A stretch of 64,000 bases of DNA from Eledone cirrhosa (lineage: Eukaryota): positions 185,194,001 through 185,258,000 of the forward strand of contig OZ024743.1 in assembly GCA_964016885.1 (NCBI GenBank). Direction: 5' to 3'. The position numbers were made by a program, and so were the translations under genes. Below are positions 12,480 to 25,699 of this stretch, piece by piece; within the stretch, counting starts at the first letter, position 1; each line of letters opens with the position of its first letter. The notes beneath the pieces are model-generated. The model ran no database searches and had not been told where the DNA came from. It worked only from the letters and a program-made list of their open reading frames with translations.

Positions 12480-15400
12480 AATTTAAAGAGAATCACACTA
12501 TACGATGCAACACAATAACACACCACACCACACTAACCTACACTACACCAAACCAGATTATACCAGACCTTGGTAAATTTATGATAGGTTTCCATGTTAT
12601 AACTACACCAAACTAAACCGTACCAAACTACACCAAACCAACCACACCATAACAAACTACACCATACTATTGATCTCAGTGTGAAAAATTTTCTTCCTGT
12701 TTCTTTTTTTTTTTTTTTGTGTGCGTTCTTACCACCCAATCTGACATCAAAGGTGCTGCAATTGACTATTTTTCGCACATATTATCAATAATTATGACAT
12801 GGAAAACTGTCGAAAATGACTAGCTGTGTAGAAAAAAGACGGAGAATGTGGGTGGAAATACCATTTACAAAGCAAGTCATTTTTTATTGCAGCGGAAGTC
12901 ATATTTTTTGTTAATATGCTAAAAGCATAGTCCACTGCGAGCATCTTGGAAGTTGTATTAGTTGATAGCATATGCAAAAGTGAAGGAAAAATTTTTTTTC
13001 TTACATTAGTCAAAGTGGAAATTTAATTCCTTACTTATAACAAAGCACACCACACCACACCACACCACATTAATCTACCCCAAACCACACCATATCAAAC
13101 AGCACCATATTATGGTAAATTTATTACAGAACACCTACTCCTATCATTTACATCGCACCATGGTATGGACATCAATGTGACAAATTTGCTACCTGCTTTT
13201 TTTTTTTTTTGTGGTTATCACCCAAACTAACATCAAAGGTGCTTGCAAATGACTATTTTCCCACATTATCAATGAATATGACATGGGAATCTATCGTTTA
13301 GAATTGGTTTCCATTTCATAACTTCACCAAACCAAACCACACCATACCAAGTTACACCATACTACATCATACCAAGCTATTGATCTTGGTGTGAAACATT
13401 TTCTTCCCGTTTCCTTTTTTTTTTCTGTGTGCTTACCACCCAATCTGACATTAAAGGTGCTCCCAATTTACTTTTTTTTTTCACATATCAATAATTATAA
13501 CATGGAAACCTGTCGAAAATGACTATCTTTGTAGAAACTTCACCAAATCACACCATACTACATCACACCAAGCTATTGATTTTGGTGTGACAAATTTTCA
13601 TTTGGCTTTTTTTTTTTTTTTTTTTTGTGTGCTTACCACCCAATTTGACATAAATGGTGCTCGCAAATTAGTATTTTATGCACATATTATCAATGGTTAT
13701 GACATGGAAACCTGATGAAAATGACTAGCTTTGTAGAAAAAAGAGGGAGGATGTGGGTGGAAATACCATTTACAAAGCTAGCCATTTTTTATTGCAGCGG
13801 AAGTCATATTTTTTGTTAATATGCTAAAAGTATAGTCCACTGCGACCTTCTTGGAAGTTGATAGCACATGCAAAAATGAAGGAAAAAATTCTTTTCTAAC
13901 ATAAATCAAAGTGGAAATTTAAATCCTCACTTATAACAAACCACACCACAGCACATTAATCTACCCCAATCCACACCATAACCATACTTCACTATATGGT
14001 AAATTTACATCACACCATGGTATGGACATCAATGTGACAAATTTGCTACCTGCTTTTTTTTTTTTGTGGTTACCACCTCAAACTAACATCAAAGGTGCTT
14101 GCAAATGACTATTTTCCCACACATGATCAATGAATATGACATGGGAATCTATCGTTTACAATTGGTTTCCATTTCATAAATTCACCAAACCACACCATAC
14201 CAAGTTACACCATACTACATCACACCAAGCTATGTGAAACATTTTCTTCCCGTTTCCTTTTTTTTTTTGTGTGTGTGCTTACCACCCAATCTGACATTAA
14301 AGGTGCTCCCAATTGACTATTTTTTTTCTACTTATCAATAATTATGACATGGAAACCTGTCGAAAATGACTATCTTTGTAGAAACTTCATCACACCAAGC
14401 TATTGATTTTGGTGTGACAAATTTTCATCCGGCAATTTTTTTTTATTTTTTTTTTGCTAACCACCCAATTTGACGTAAATGGTGCTCGCAAATTACTATT
14501 TTATGCACATATTATCAATGGTTATGACATGGAAACCTGATGAAAATGACTAACTTTGTAGAAAAAAAGAGGGAGGATGTGGGTGGAAATACCATTTACA
14601 AAGCTAGTCATTTTTTATTGCAGCGGAAGTCATATTTTTTGTTAATATGCTAAAAGCATAGTCCACTGCAAGCATCTTGGAAGTTGATAGCACATGCAAA
14701 AATAAAGGAAACATTTTTTTTCTGACATAAATCAAAGTGGAAATTTAAATCCTCACTTATAACAAAGCAGACCACAGCACATTAATCTACCCCAATCCAC
14801 ACCATAAATTCACCATAACCATACTTCACTATATGGTAAATTTATTACAGAACACCTACTCCTACCATTTACATCACACCATGGTATGGACATCAATGTG
14901 ACAAATTTGCTACCTGCTTTTTTTTTGGTTACCACCTCAAACTAACATCAAAGGTGCTTGCAAATGACTATTTTCCCACACATTATCAATGAATATGACA
15001 TGGGAATCTATCGTTTACAATTGGTTTCCATTTCATAACTTCACCAAACCAAACCACACCATACCAAGTTACACCATACTACATCACACCAAGCTATTGA
15101 TCTTGGTGTGAAACATTTTCTTCCCGTTTCCTTTTTTTTGTGTGTGTGTGTGCTTACCACCCAATCTGACATTAAAGGTGCTCCCAATTTACTTTTTTTT
15201 TTCCACTTATCAATAATTATGACATGGAAACCTGTCGAAAATGACTATCTTTGTAGAAACTTCACCAAACCACACCATACTACATCACACCAAGATATTG
15301 ATTTTGGTGTGACAAATTTTCATCTGGCATTTTTTTTTTTTTTTTTTTTTGTGTTTACCACCCAATTTGACATAAAAGGTGCTCGCAAATCACTATTTTA

Positions 15401-16410
15401 TGCACATATTATCAATGGTTATGACATGGAAACCTGATGAAAATGACTATCTTTGTAGAAACTTCACCAAACCACACCATACTACATCACACCAAGATAT
15501 TGATTTTGGTGTGACAAATTTTCATCTGGCATTTTTTTTTTTTTTTTTTTTTTTTTGTGTTTACCACCCAATTTGACATAAAAGGTGCTCGCAAATCACT
15601 ATTTTATGCACATATTATCAATGGTTATGACATGGAAACCTGATGAAAATGACTATCTTTGTAGAAACTTCACCAAACCACACCATACTACATCACACCA
15701 AGCTATTGATTTTGGTGTGACAAATTTTCATTTGGCACCTTTTTTTTTTGTGCTAACCACCCAATTTGACGTAAATGGTGCTCACAAATTACTATTTTAT
15801 GCACATATTATCAATGGTTATGACATGGAAACCTGATGAAAATGACTAGCTTTGTAGAAAAAAGAGAGAGGATGTGGGTGGAAATACCATTTACAAAGCT
15901 AGCCATTTTTTATTGCAGCGGAAGTCATATTTTTTGTTAATATGCTAAAAGTATAGTCCACTGCGACCTTCTTGGAAGTTGATAGCACATGCAAAAATGA
16001 AGGAAACATTTTTTTTCTAACATAAATCAAAGTGGAAATTTAAATCCTCACTTATAACAAAGCACACCACAGCACATTAATCTACCCCAATCCACACCAT
16101 AACCATACTTCACTATATAGTAAATTTATTACAGAACACCTACTCCTACCATTTACATCACACCAATGCTCGCAGTTGACTATTTTTTTCACATATTATG
16201 AATGAATATAACTTTGAAACCTATCGTCAATGATTAGCTTTGTAGAAAAATGAAGGCAGAAAGTGGGTGGAAAAACCATTCACAAAGCTATTCATTTTTA
16301 ATTGCAGTAGAAATCATATTTGTTGTTAATATGCTAAAAAAAATAGTCAATTGCAAGCATTTTGGAGGTCGGATTAGTTGATAGGACATAAAAAAACAAA
16401 GGAAAACAAA
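12480..16410. repeat. Complex satellite: ~205-bp subunits in ~0.8-1.3 kb higher-order units
   Basis: The marker gtgggtggaaataccatttacaaagc recurs at ~12850, 13755, 14580, 15875 and 16265. Near-identical ~206-bp subunits lie at ~15260, 15466 and 15670. Confidence 0.9.
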
Positions 16411-16523
16411 TATTGTCTATATGTTCCTGTGGAAAGTCGGGTCTTCTGTATTACTGTGTGACGCCAGAGGTCATGGTCGTGTGTCATTGCCCTTGAGAGG
16501 TGCAATTGGGAAAGGTCGGCTTA

Positions 16524-17412
16524 GAAATATTTACTTCTGCGTTCACAGATTGATTTTGTTTAGTTTCAGAAGATCCCATTAAGGGTGAAAGCAGCCGATT
16601 CTTTGCTTAAACTTTAATCTGTTATTTTAATAAATATTTGCTCTACGGTTCTTATATATTTGATATATATTTATCCTTATCGGGCCCTCTTTGGATGTTA
16701 GTCTTCAAATTTATTATTATTACTATTTGGTTCCCTTGTCTTATATTCATCATGCAGAAACAACATCTGAATATTTCTACAAAGAACATACCTGTACGAA
16801 GCAGGAAGAAATACCTAAAACTACGTCTCCATGAACCAAAGTATCGCCTTCTTGTCTTCCTTCGGTTGCAACGTTTTTCGAAATATTTACTTCTGCGTTC
16901 ACAGATTGATTTTTTTTTTAGTTTCAGAAGATCCCATTTAGGGTGAAAGCAGCCGATTCTTTGCTTAAACTTTAATCTGTTATTTTAATAAATATTTGCT
17001 CTGCGGTTCTTATATATTTGATATATATTTATCCTTATCGAGCCCTCTTTGGATGTTAGTCTTCAAATTTATTATTATTACTATTTGGCTCCCTTGACTT
17101 ATATTCATCATGCAGAAACATCTGAATATTTCTACAAAGAACATACCCGTACCAAGCAGGAAGAAATACCTAAAACTACGTCTTCCTGTCTTCTTTCGGT
17201 TGCAACGTTTTTCGAAATATTTACTTCTGCGTTCACAGATTGATTTTTTTTTTAGTTTCAGAAGATCCCATTAAGGGTGAAAGCAGCCGATTCTTTGCTT
17301 AAACTTTAATCTGTTATTTTAATAAATATTTGCTCTACGGTTCTTATATAATTGATATATATTTATCCCTATCGAGCCCTCTTTGGATTTTAGTCTTCAT
17401 ATGTATTATTAT

Positions 17413-17415
<3 letters not shown>
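16524..17415 (+). repeat. Tandem repeat (358- and 334-bp periods) with one hammerhead-like motif per unit; retrozyme-like or tandem pLTR
   Basis: agttt-CAGAAGA-t-ccc-attaa-ggg-t-GAAA-gca-gccgattctt-tgc-TT-aaact at 16562-16613, 16920-16971 and 17254-17305. The array ends in (TA)n. Confidence 0.75.
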
Positions 17416-17452
<37 letters not shown>

Positions 17453-17461
17453 ATATATATT

Positions 17462-17826
17462 GAGAGCATTGGCCTTGCAATCGAAAGGTTGTGAGTTCAA
17501 TTCTCACACCGGGTGATGTGTTGTTTCCTTGAGCAAGACACTTTATTTCACATTGCTCCAGTTTACTCAGCTGTAGAAATGAGATGATAGGACTGGGGTC
17601 CCTATCATTCCACTGCAAAGTGGACGTGGAGGTGCCACAGCAAAAAAGCACCCAGCCCACACTGTAAAGTGGCTGTGGAGGTGCCACGGGAAAAAAGCAC
17701 CCACAACTCACTGTAAATGAGGTTGGTGTTAGGAAGGGCATCCAGCTGTAGAAATCAAGCCAGAATCAGTTCCCATCCCACCCTTGCAAGCAGGGAAAAA
17801 GTGGATGTAAAATGAAATGATGATGA
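17462..17826 (+). mobile_element. tRNA-derived SINE with CORE-like centre and RTE-shared tail
   Basis: B-box-like gagttcaattc; CORE-like ccttgagcaagacactt; ggtgttaggaagggcatccagctgtagaaa shared with the RTE 3' UTR; (TGA)n tail. Confidence 0.75.
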
Positions 17827-17827
17827 A

Positions 17828-18155
17828 TGCTCCCAGCTGTGGTCACCCCATAGTATCAAACTAACCATGGAGCTTGAAGCAATCCAATGAAGCTACACCA
17901 AGAAGGTTGCCACGATGAAGGAGATAAACTACTGGGAGAGTCTAAAGGAACTGAAACTCTACTTCTCGGAATGAAGACAGGAGAGATATGCAATGATATA
18001 CATATGGAAAATCCTGGGGGGACTAAGACCAAACTTTCGCATTGAGAGCTGGACCAATTCTCGAACAGGACGTCACTGTGTGGTACCAAAGGTCCCGTCT
18101 TCCACATCTAGAATCAGGAGCAGCTATTGCAATTGCCTGGGGTTCGGCCCTCAAC
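17828..18155 (+). mobile_element. CR1-group LINE 3' fragment
   Basis: Translates to NYWESLKELKLYFSE..IYIWKILGGLRPNF; same family as 21020-21620. Confidence 0.65.
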
Positions 18156-18230
18156 TTGGTTTTCAAAATTTAAATTTGTGTTTCCTATTCATCAATGCTT
18201 CAAGCAAGCTATAAAACTCTGTTATATTTC

Positions 18231-18595
18231 ATCATCATCATTTTATGTCAGTTCTTCTACACTAGCATGGGTTGTCTTGTTGTGGGCAGTGTCCGGTCGG
18301 CTGACCTTGTCTTGCTCATACGGGAACTGATTCTGTCTTGATTTCTACAGCTGGATGCCCTTCCTAACACCAACCTCATTTACAGTGAGTGCTGGGTGTT
18401 TTTTTGTTTTTTTTGCAGTGGAATGATAGGGACCCCAGTCCTATCATCTCATCTCATTTCTACAGCTGAGTAAACTGGAGCAATGTGAAATAAAGTGTCT
18501 TGCTCAAGGAAACAACACATCACCCGGTCCGAGAATTAAACTCACAACCTTTCAATTGCAAGCCCAATGCTCTAACCACTGAACCATGTGCCTTC
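18231..18595 (-). mobile_element. tRNA-derived CORE-like SINE, inverted relative to 17462-17826
   Basis: Minus-strand A-box-like tggttcagtggttagagc, B-box-like gagtttaattc, CORE-like motif and (TGA)n tail. Confidence 0.75.
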
Positions 18596-18599
18596 TATT

Positions 18600-19568
18600 G
18601 TTGGCAATGTTAGGTCAGGTGACCATGTCTTGCTCATAAAGAACTGATTTTGGCTTAGTTTCTACAGCTGGATGCCCTTCCTAATGCCAAGCTCATTTAC
18701 AGTGAGTACTGGGTGTTTTTTGTTGTGATTCCTCCACGACTACTTTACAGTGTGGACTGGGTGTTTTTTACCGTGTCACCATCACGACCACTTTACAGTG
18801 TTTCGGCCTGTTCTTATGAAAGATATATTGGCGGGTGGGATGGAGTGGCGCATACTGTATGTATGTTTCAGCCTTGGCCTGGGCCCGTGGGAAGTTGGGG
18901 GTTTCTGTATTACCTCATAACGCCAGAGATCTTGGTCCTGTGTCATTGCCTTTCAGAGGTGCAATTGGGCAAGGTCGGCTTTTATCACTTCATCTCAAGT
19001 CTTTCTGGGACTTATGTAGCTGTCATCCTTCATACGAATCACATGTCCATACCAACATAATCTCCTCTCCTGCACACAACATTTGATTCCTCTTATGCCT
19101 AGTTTCTCTTTCAGTTTGTTTATGCTTTGCTGTTCGCGTATATTACTATTACACATCCATCGGAGCATACAAGCTTCATTCCTTTCTAATCTACGCAAGT
19201 CTTCTACACACAGCGCCCAGCTCTCACTACCATGCAACATTGCCGTTCATATGCACACATCATACAGTCTACCTTTTATTCTGAGGGAAAAGCCTTTTGT
19301 ATCCAGCTGTGGCAGTAGCTCCCTCAACTTCTTCCATCCCGTTCTTTCAGAACACCCCCTCCGCTGCTAATTCGGTATTGTTTTTACCAAGTCCTCCCAG
19401 ACTTTGATGTCACTTGTTTTCAGTGATTGTTTGTTGCTTACTGTCACATGTAAAGCCTACATTCTTAACTAAACTTCCTGAGATCCCACTACATCTCTTA
19501 TGTACCCATAGTTTGCATATGGGGCTGGGGATGGAGTTTCTACCTACACCTCTCCTACATAATGAGCA
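18600..19568 (-). mobile_element. RTE LINE 3' fragment (PHD-insert family)
   Basis: MLHGSESWALCVEDLRRLERNEACMLRWMC; CSLCRRGVGRNSIPSPICKLWVHKRC; homologous to 56476-58737. Confidence 0.85.
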
Positions 19569-19592
19569 CACACACACTCTCATATATATATA

Positions 19593-20545
19593 TACTAGCC
19601 GAATTACCAGCGCCTTGCTGCGTTTCACACATTTTTTTGTAAGAAAATGATGATTGATTTTAAATCAGTGATATAATTTATGGAGAAAAACTCAATATTA
19701 CTCAATGTTAAATATAATGCATGAAAAATTGGAAAACATCATTTTTTGTAATATATCAAATCAAAATTGTATTATTAAATCTTATTCTTATTTTGTTTCT
19801 TGTAAATAATTTTTTTCAAAATATCAATTGAAAACTTTTGTGAATAGGCATCATATCTTGTCATTTACCTATGGTTTAAGTTTCATATAAATTGAAAGGG
19901 AAAAGTTTTCAGCGGGGGTTTGTACCCCCCGGGGAACCCTAATAGGGGGTTTAACCACCATTAAGGTATCTTATAGTATTGAAATTTTGTGAATAGGCAT
20001 CATATTTCTTCATTTAGCTATGGTTTAAATTGCATATAAATTGAACCGAAAAAATTTTCAGCGGGGATTTTGTGCCCCCCTGGTGAACCCTAATAGGGGG
20101 TTTAACCCCCATTAGGGTATTGTAATTTTATTGAAATTTGCTGAAATGATGTGAATAGGCATCATATCTTGTCGTTTGCATATAAATCGAAGGGAAAACA
20201 TTTTCAGCAGGGGTTTGTGCCACCGGTGAACCCTAATAGGGTATTTTAATTTTATTGAAATTTTGTGAATAGGCATCATATCTTGTCATTTACCTATGGT
20301 TTAAATTTCATATAAATCGAAGGTAAAGTTTCAGCAGCGGTTTTGTGCCCCCGATGAACCCTTTGATTAAAATGAAATATAATTATACAAGTACCCTGGG
20401 CAATGTAGTTTCAGAATATATATATGGTTATGGGGGTCTATCTCCAAAACCATAGGAGGAGTTCGTAAAATCTTGTTCCATATATTGGCCAAACTTTTCA
20501 CTATAGGTGGTTTAACCCCCATGAGGGTGTCTTAATATTATTGAA
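19593..20545. mobile_element. Probable Helitron/Helentron-type non-autonomous element with internal ~140-bp tandem repeats
   Basis: Starts tactagccgaattaccagcgccttgctgcg. Four copies of gtgaataggcatcatatcttgtcattt...gaaccctaatagggg lie at ~19840-20360. The family assignment is by resemblance only. Confidence 0.45.
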
Positions 20546-20550
20546 ATTTG

Positions 20551-20608
<58 letters not shown>

Positions 20609-20609
20609 A

Positions 20610-20642
<33 letters not shown>

Positions 20643-20898
20643 GACAAACACACACACATATATATATATATACACAAACACACACACACATATATATATA
20701 TACACAAACACACACATATTTATATCTTTTAGCAGAGCATTTTAATATTGCCACTCAATGAAAACCCTTTGTTTGGAATAAATGAATCTTGAACATTAGG
20801 AGTGCCTGTCAGTGTGTGTGTTTGTCTACTTAGCATCAATTTACTACCCTCCCCTACCACAGAAAATGTATAAATACCACCATATTACATTGACAGTC

Positions 20899-20950
20899 GG
20901 CTTTTCTGATGATTTCCTCCGAATGAAACAGTTCTAGTCCTGTTGAAGCC
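20899..20950 (+). ncRNA. Type I hammerhead ribozyme
   Basis: ggctttt-CTGATGA-t-ttc-ctcc-gaa-t-GAAA-cag-ttctagtc-ctg-TT-gaagcc, followed by (TA)n. Confidence 0.75.
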
Positions 20951-21019
20951 ATTTCTATATTAAATATATATATATACTCTTTTAGTTGTTCCAGCCATCC
21001 GGCTGAGACCATGATTGGG

Positions 21020-21620
21020 CACTGCCCTTGTTGCTACACATTCTATCTCCAGCCTGTGTTGGCTGGCCATTGATGTAAGAGAGAGTTCGTTGGTGCTGCT
21101 CTTAGGTTACCTTTGTAACGTGATGTGGACTCATCCGGGATCCTGGATAACAGGGTGTCGAGAGGTTTCTTGAAAATATCCACGGCCACACCATGTAGAT
21201 CCCTCAAATCCCTCGGCAGTTTGTTGAAGAGTTGAGGGCCTTTGAACCCTAGTCTATTGCAATATCTGCTTCTTGTTCTAGATATGGAAGACGGGACCTT
21301 TGTCACGACACAGTGACGTCCTGTTCGGGGGTTGGTCCCGCTCTCAATACCAAAGTTTGGCACTAGTCCCTCCAGGATTTTCCATATGTATATCCCTGCG
21401 TATCTCTTCCGTCTTCGTTCCAAGGAGTAGAGTTTCAGTTCTTTTAGCCTCTCCCAGTAGCTCATCTCCTTCATCGTGCAATCCTCTTGGTGTAGTTTCG
21501 TTGGATTGTCTCAAGTTCCGTGGTTAGTTTGATACTATGGGGTGACCACAGCTGGGAGCAATAGTCCAGACGGTTTAGGACAAATGTTCTTCATAGTATC
21601 AACATGGTCTCCCGGTCTCT
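21020..21620 (-). mobile_element. CR1-group LINE 3' fragment
   Basis: ORF 21043-21474: MSYWERLKELKLYSLERRRKRY..IYIWKILEGLVPN...GPQLFNKLP..LR....FKKPLD.LL..IPDE. Confidence 0.8.
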
Positions 21621-22494
21621 TATATAGAAAACCTCAAATAAAAAGTCAAGATTTGTTTCGATTTAACAGAGCAGAAAGAATTCGCGTCAGAATATTCCAA
21701 CCAATCCAGCCTATATCAACTGAATAAATATGTATATGGAGATATATATATACACACCCACATGCACATATATATATATACACACACACGTACACACTCA
21801 AACACACACACATACATACACGCATGCATGCATACATGATGGCTGCCCCCTCGTTATCGAGTATGGCCATTGCACGATATACCATTATTAATAATTATTA
21901 ATTAATTCTATCGTGCAATGCCTGTGCATGAAGATATTTTTTTTAATGAGGAAAGACTGTGCACTGAGCCAATCCCACTCTCTGAGCGACAGTAGCTATA
22001 ACCCGAAAAGAAGAAAAGATCAACATCATCGGTAACTACTGAGCCGCAGGTTTTATATCGGAGTTATCCCAGTTTCCTAAGTTGCCTTCTAGAAGAATGC
22101 CCTGACAAAGGCTAGGGGTCCTTCACTGCCAGTGGTTTAACCGCGCGATCGGGTGTCCAGCCCAATTATTTCTATGTCCCCGCGTATGTACATACACATG
22201 CACCCATGTATATACACATATACATATACATACATATGTACATGTGTATATACATATTTACACACTTTTGGATGGCCGTTGACTCTTATGAGATCTTCCG
22301 CCCTTTGTCAGGTTTTGTTTTTTGTCCTGCAGGGGTCCAAAATCACCCTCCTCACCAAGTAAACTTGGTGGGGTTGCCGGTTTAGTCGCCGACGACCCAA
22401 CCAAGCGACAGGTTGTACTGGGTTACATGTTACCAATAGCAGTCAAGAGTGACTCGACATACATACATACATACATACTACATGATGGTTGCAA

Positions 22495-24946
22495 ATTCGT
22501 GTTCAAGTATTGCCATCGCCCGATAAAATGTTCAAAAATGTGAAGCACAAATGTGACTCTTTAAACCAGCCAAATACTTGCACCCTCTGGCACACACATA
22601 GCAACTTTAGGCTCCCCCGAAACCTTCCATTGCTTTGTTCTGGCTGTATGTTCACATGTATCTTTTAAGACCTCCCATGCTTGTACATTTCTTACACCTT
22701 TTCAGATCATAATCTACATGAGGTCTACTGATATAACTTTGTTCATGTCTAATCAAACCAGCTTTGCTCAGGCTGACTCGACCACAGTGTTGGCAAACCA
22801 GATGATGTTCAACAGCAGGCAGTTCAGAACAGTCTCAATCCTCACCTTCCTTTTCAGTGCTAGGTGTTCTCTCCGACGAGTTTCAAAGTGTTCACCACCT
22901 GACTTGATCAAACGTCTCCACTTCACACGCTCGTCAGCCATTTCTCCCATTCGTCAGATGAAATTCCAGCACAAGCCAAGGTGCTCCTGATACAGTCCCG
23001 GTACCGCCTTTTTGGTTAATGTGGTGGTCGCCTTCCTTCACACAGTTCTCCATAGAGAAGTTGCTTTGGAATACGATCATCAGACATCCGGACCACGTGA
23101 CTGCACCACCTCAACCGATACCGAAAGATTATGCTCTCTATAGTCATGCACCTGCTCCGTTCTAGAACTTCCAAATCACTGGCGAACATTTTCCACCACA
23201 CCCCAAGTAACTTATGAAGAGATTGTTGGTGAAATCTCTCCAGATCCTTGAGGTTCTTTCTGTATATGACCCACGTTTCACAAACATAAAATAAAGAGGA
23301 GACGACACAAGTCAGATACACTTTCACCTTGGTTTCGATAGTGATACCTCGTCTGGACCATAAACGTTGATGCAGCCGTCCAAAAGCATCACTGGCTTTT
23401 TTGATTCTTAAGGATATTTCATCATCATGTGTGCATGAAGTGTTCAACGTACTACCAAGGTAAACAAACTTGTCAGCAACTTTTAGCCTCTTTCCGTACA
23501 CGTACACACTTGGTGCAGTGTACTCGTTTCCAGGTACTGGCTGATACATCACAACAGTCTTTTCCAAGCTTATTGTGACGCCCAAAGTGTTGCAAGCTGC
23601 AGAAAAAGAGTTTATAATATGCTGCATGTCACTTTGTGAGTGTGCAAAAAGATCGCAGTCGTCTGCATACAAAAACTCTCGGATTATAGATGTTAATACC
23701 TTTGTGATTGTACCAAAGCGCCTGGTGTTGAACAACCTTCCTGAAGTGCGATACCTGATGTAAACACAATGAGAACAATATTTGAATGCCATGAGAAACA
23801 CTATCGTAAAATATAAGGAAAACAGAGTTGGAGCCGGAATGTCCCTTTGCTTCACTCCATTTTCAACTGATATTGGTTCAGAGATGCTACCACCAATACT
23901 GACCAAAGCCTTCGTGTCATCATGGAAAAGATGCAGAATCTTCTACCCTACCTTGGATTTTTTTCCCACAACGCAGTTCGATTGACAGTGTCAAAGGCCT
24001 TTGTCAAGTCAACAAAGTCCTGGTAAAGGTCCATACATTGTTCGATACACTTTTCTTGCAGCTGCCGAGGAGAAACGATCATATCCACTGTTCCTCTTTC
24101 GTTTCTGAACCCACACTGCGACTCAGGCAACACATTCAGAGCAACTCTTGGGATCAATCTATCCATCAATATTCGACACGACTTTACCAACTACTGAAAG
24201 AAGGGATATGACATGATAATTGCCACATTTGTCCTTGCCGTCCTTTCCTTTATGGAGAATCACCATGAGCGCATCCTTCTTGTGGGACATTCTCATCTTC
24301 CCACACCATTTTCATGAGGTGAGTCAGGCGCTGCGTGAAGTTTTCACCACCACACTCAAAACCGCTCCACTCAGACCATCCATACCAGGAGACTTACCAC
24401 AGTTCAGCTTATGCACAACAGAAGTCCCCTCCGCAAGAGAAGATACATTAGCCATCTCATATGCTTCACTGGTTCAATAGGAATGGAACAAATGAAATCA
24501 TCATCAACCTGGTTTAAGAGCTCATCAAAGTGATCTCTCTATCTGTCGAGTGTCTTTTGGGTCACGCAGTAATTGCTTGCCATCTTTCGATCTCAAAGGG
24601 GCCACTGGAGAGCTGAAAGGGCCATACACCTCTGTGAGTAGAAAGTGCGGCAGTTTCACATTGTTGCCGTCAGATGCCACTTGAACTTCATCTGCTTTGT
24701 TGCTCCACCAGGTATTTTGCATAGCCCTGAGTTTCACCTGCACTTCCTTCTTTACCGGTCTGTAACGCTCATAATTGTCACCAACAGAGCTACCACCTTT
24801 AAGAACTGCATCAAGTGCCTTTTGTTTTCTGTCTAGCAGAGCCTTGACCTCCTGGTCATTCTCATCAAACCAGTCCTTGTTTTCTTGTGACAAAGCCAAG
24901 GACCTCTGCTGAAGTCTCATAGACCGAGCTCCTGAAGTCCTTCCAG
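22495..24946 (-). mobile_element. Decayed RTE (BovB-like) LINE ORF with C-terminal C2H2-like fingers
   Basis: LPESQCGFR..RGTVDMI, FVDLTKAFDTVNR, GVKQ, FLYADD, KFVYLGS, RIPKQLLYGEL across several frames. Confidence 0.9.
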
Positions 24947-25699
24947 TTGTTCTCATACACGCATACATACTTACATATATACATGTATACATGCATGCAT
25001 GCATACATCCATCCATCCATGTATACACACATATATCCATCCATCCATCCATCCATATGTGTATACATACATACATACAATGGTTAAAGTGTTTGACTGA
25101 CGACCATAAGTTCATGGGTTCATATTTGGGACCGGGTAGTTATTGAATCAACCTGATATCAATGTCTATTATACAGCACACTTCTTCTTTGGTATAATAT
25201 GACACATAGTAATATCTAACATAGTACCCATCTAATCTGTTATAATATGATTTACCTTTCCTCTGTGAAGGCACATGCCTTAGGGGTTACGGTACTGGAC
25301 TAACCATTATAAAGTCATGGGCTCGTTTCTTCGATCCTGCAGCATGTTGCGTCCTTCAGTAAAATACTTTAGTTCGTGTAGCATCTTCTACCAGGACTTG
25401 CGGCAGACAGATAATATCAGTAATGGAAAAAACCTTGTTTCATTAGTATGACCTGGAAATCTGTTCCACTCTATTTATCTTCTTTATTAAAGGCAATCAA
25501 ATTATTTTTTATTTTATTCTTTTTCTTATTTTTCCATGTTTGTTAAATAAATTTAAAAAAATCGAACTAAATTGAAATTTTATAATAAAATTTCCATAAA
25601 AGTTAATGTTTACAATACAATAAAATGTAATAAAATGTATTGAAGTCGACGAAATGTGGACCTTCATTTTTGAAAGATGGATAATGCTATAAGCAGACC

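Noticed and set aside
13700-15850. Repeated CTGATGAAA in the satellite as hammerhead cores
   Set aside because: No stem II or separate GAAA with stems I and III can be formed.
21985-22456. HDV-like ribozyme in GC-rich, RTE 5' UTR-like segments
   Set aside because: Hairpins exist (e.g. caccaagt/acttggtg), but I could not build the nested double pseudoknot by eye.
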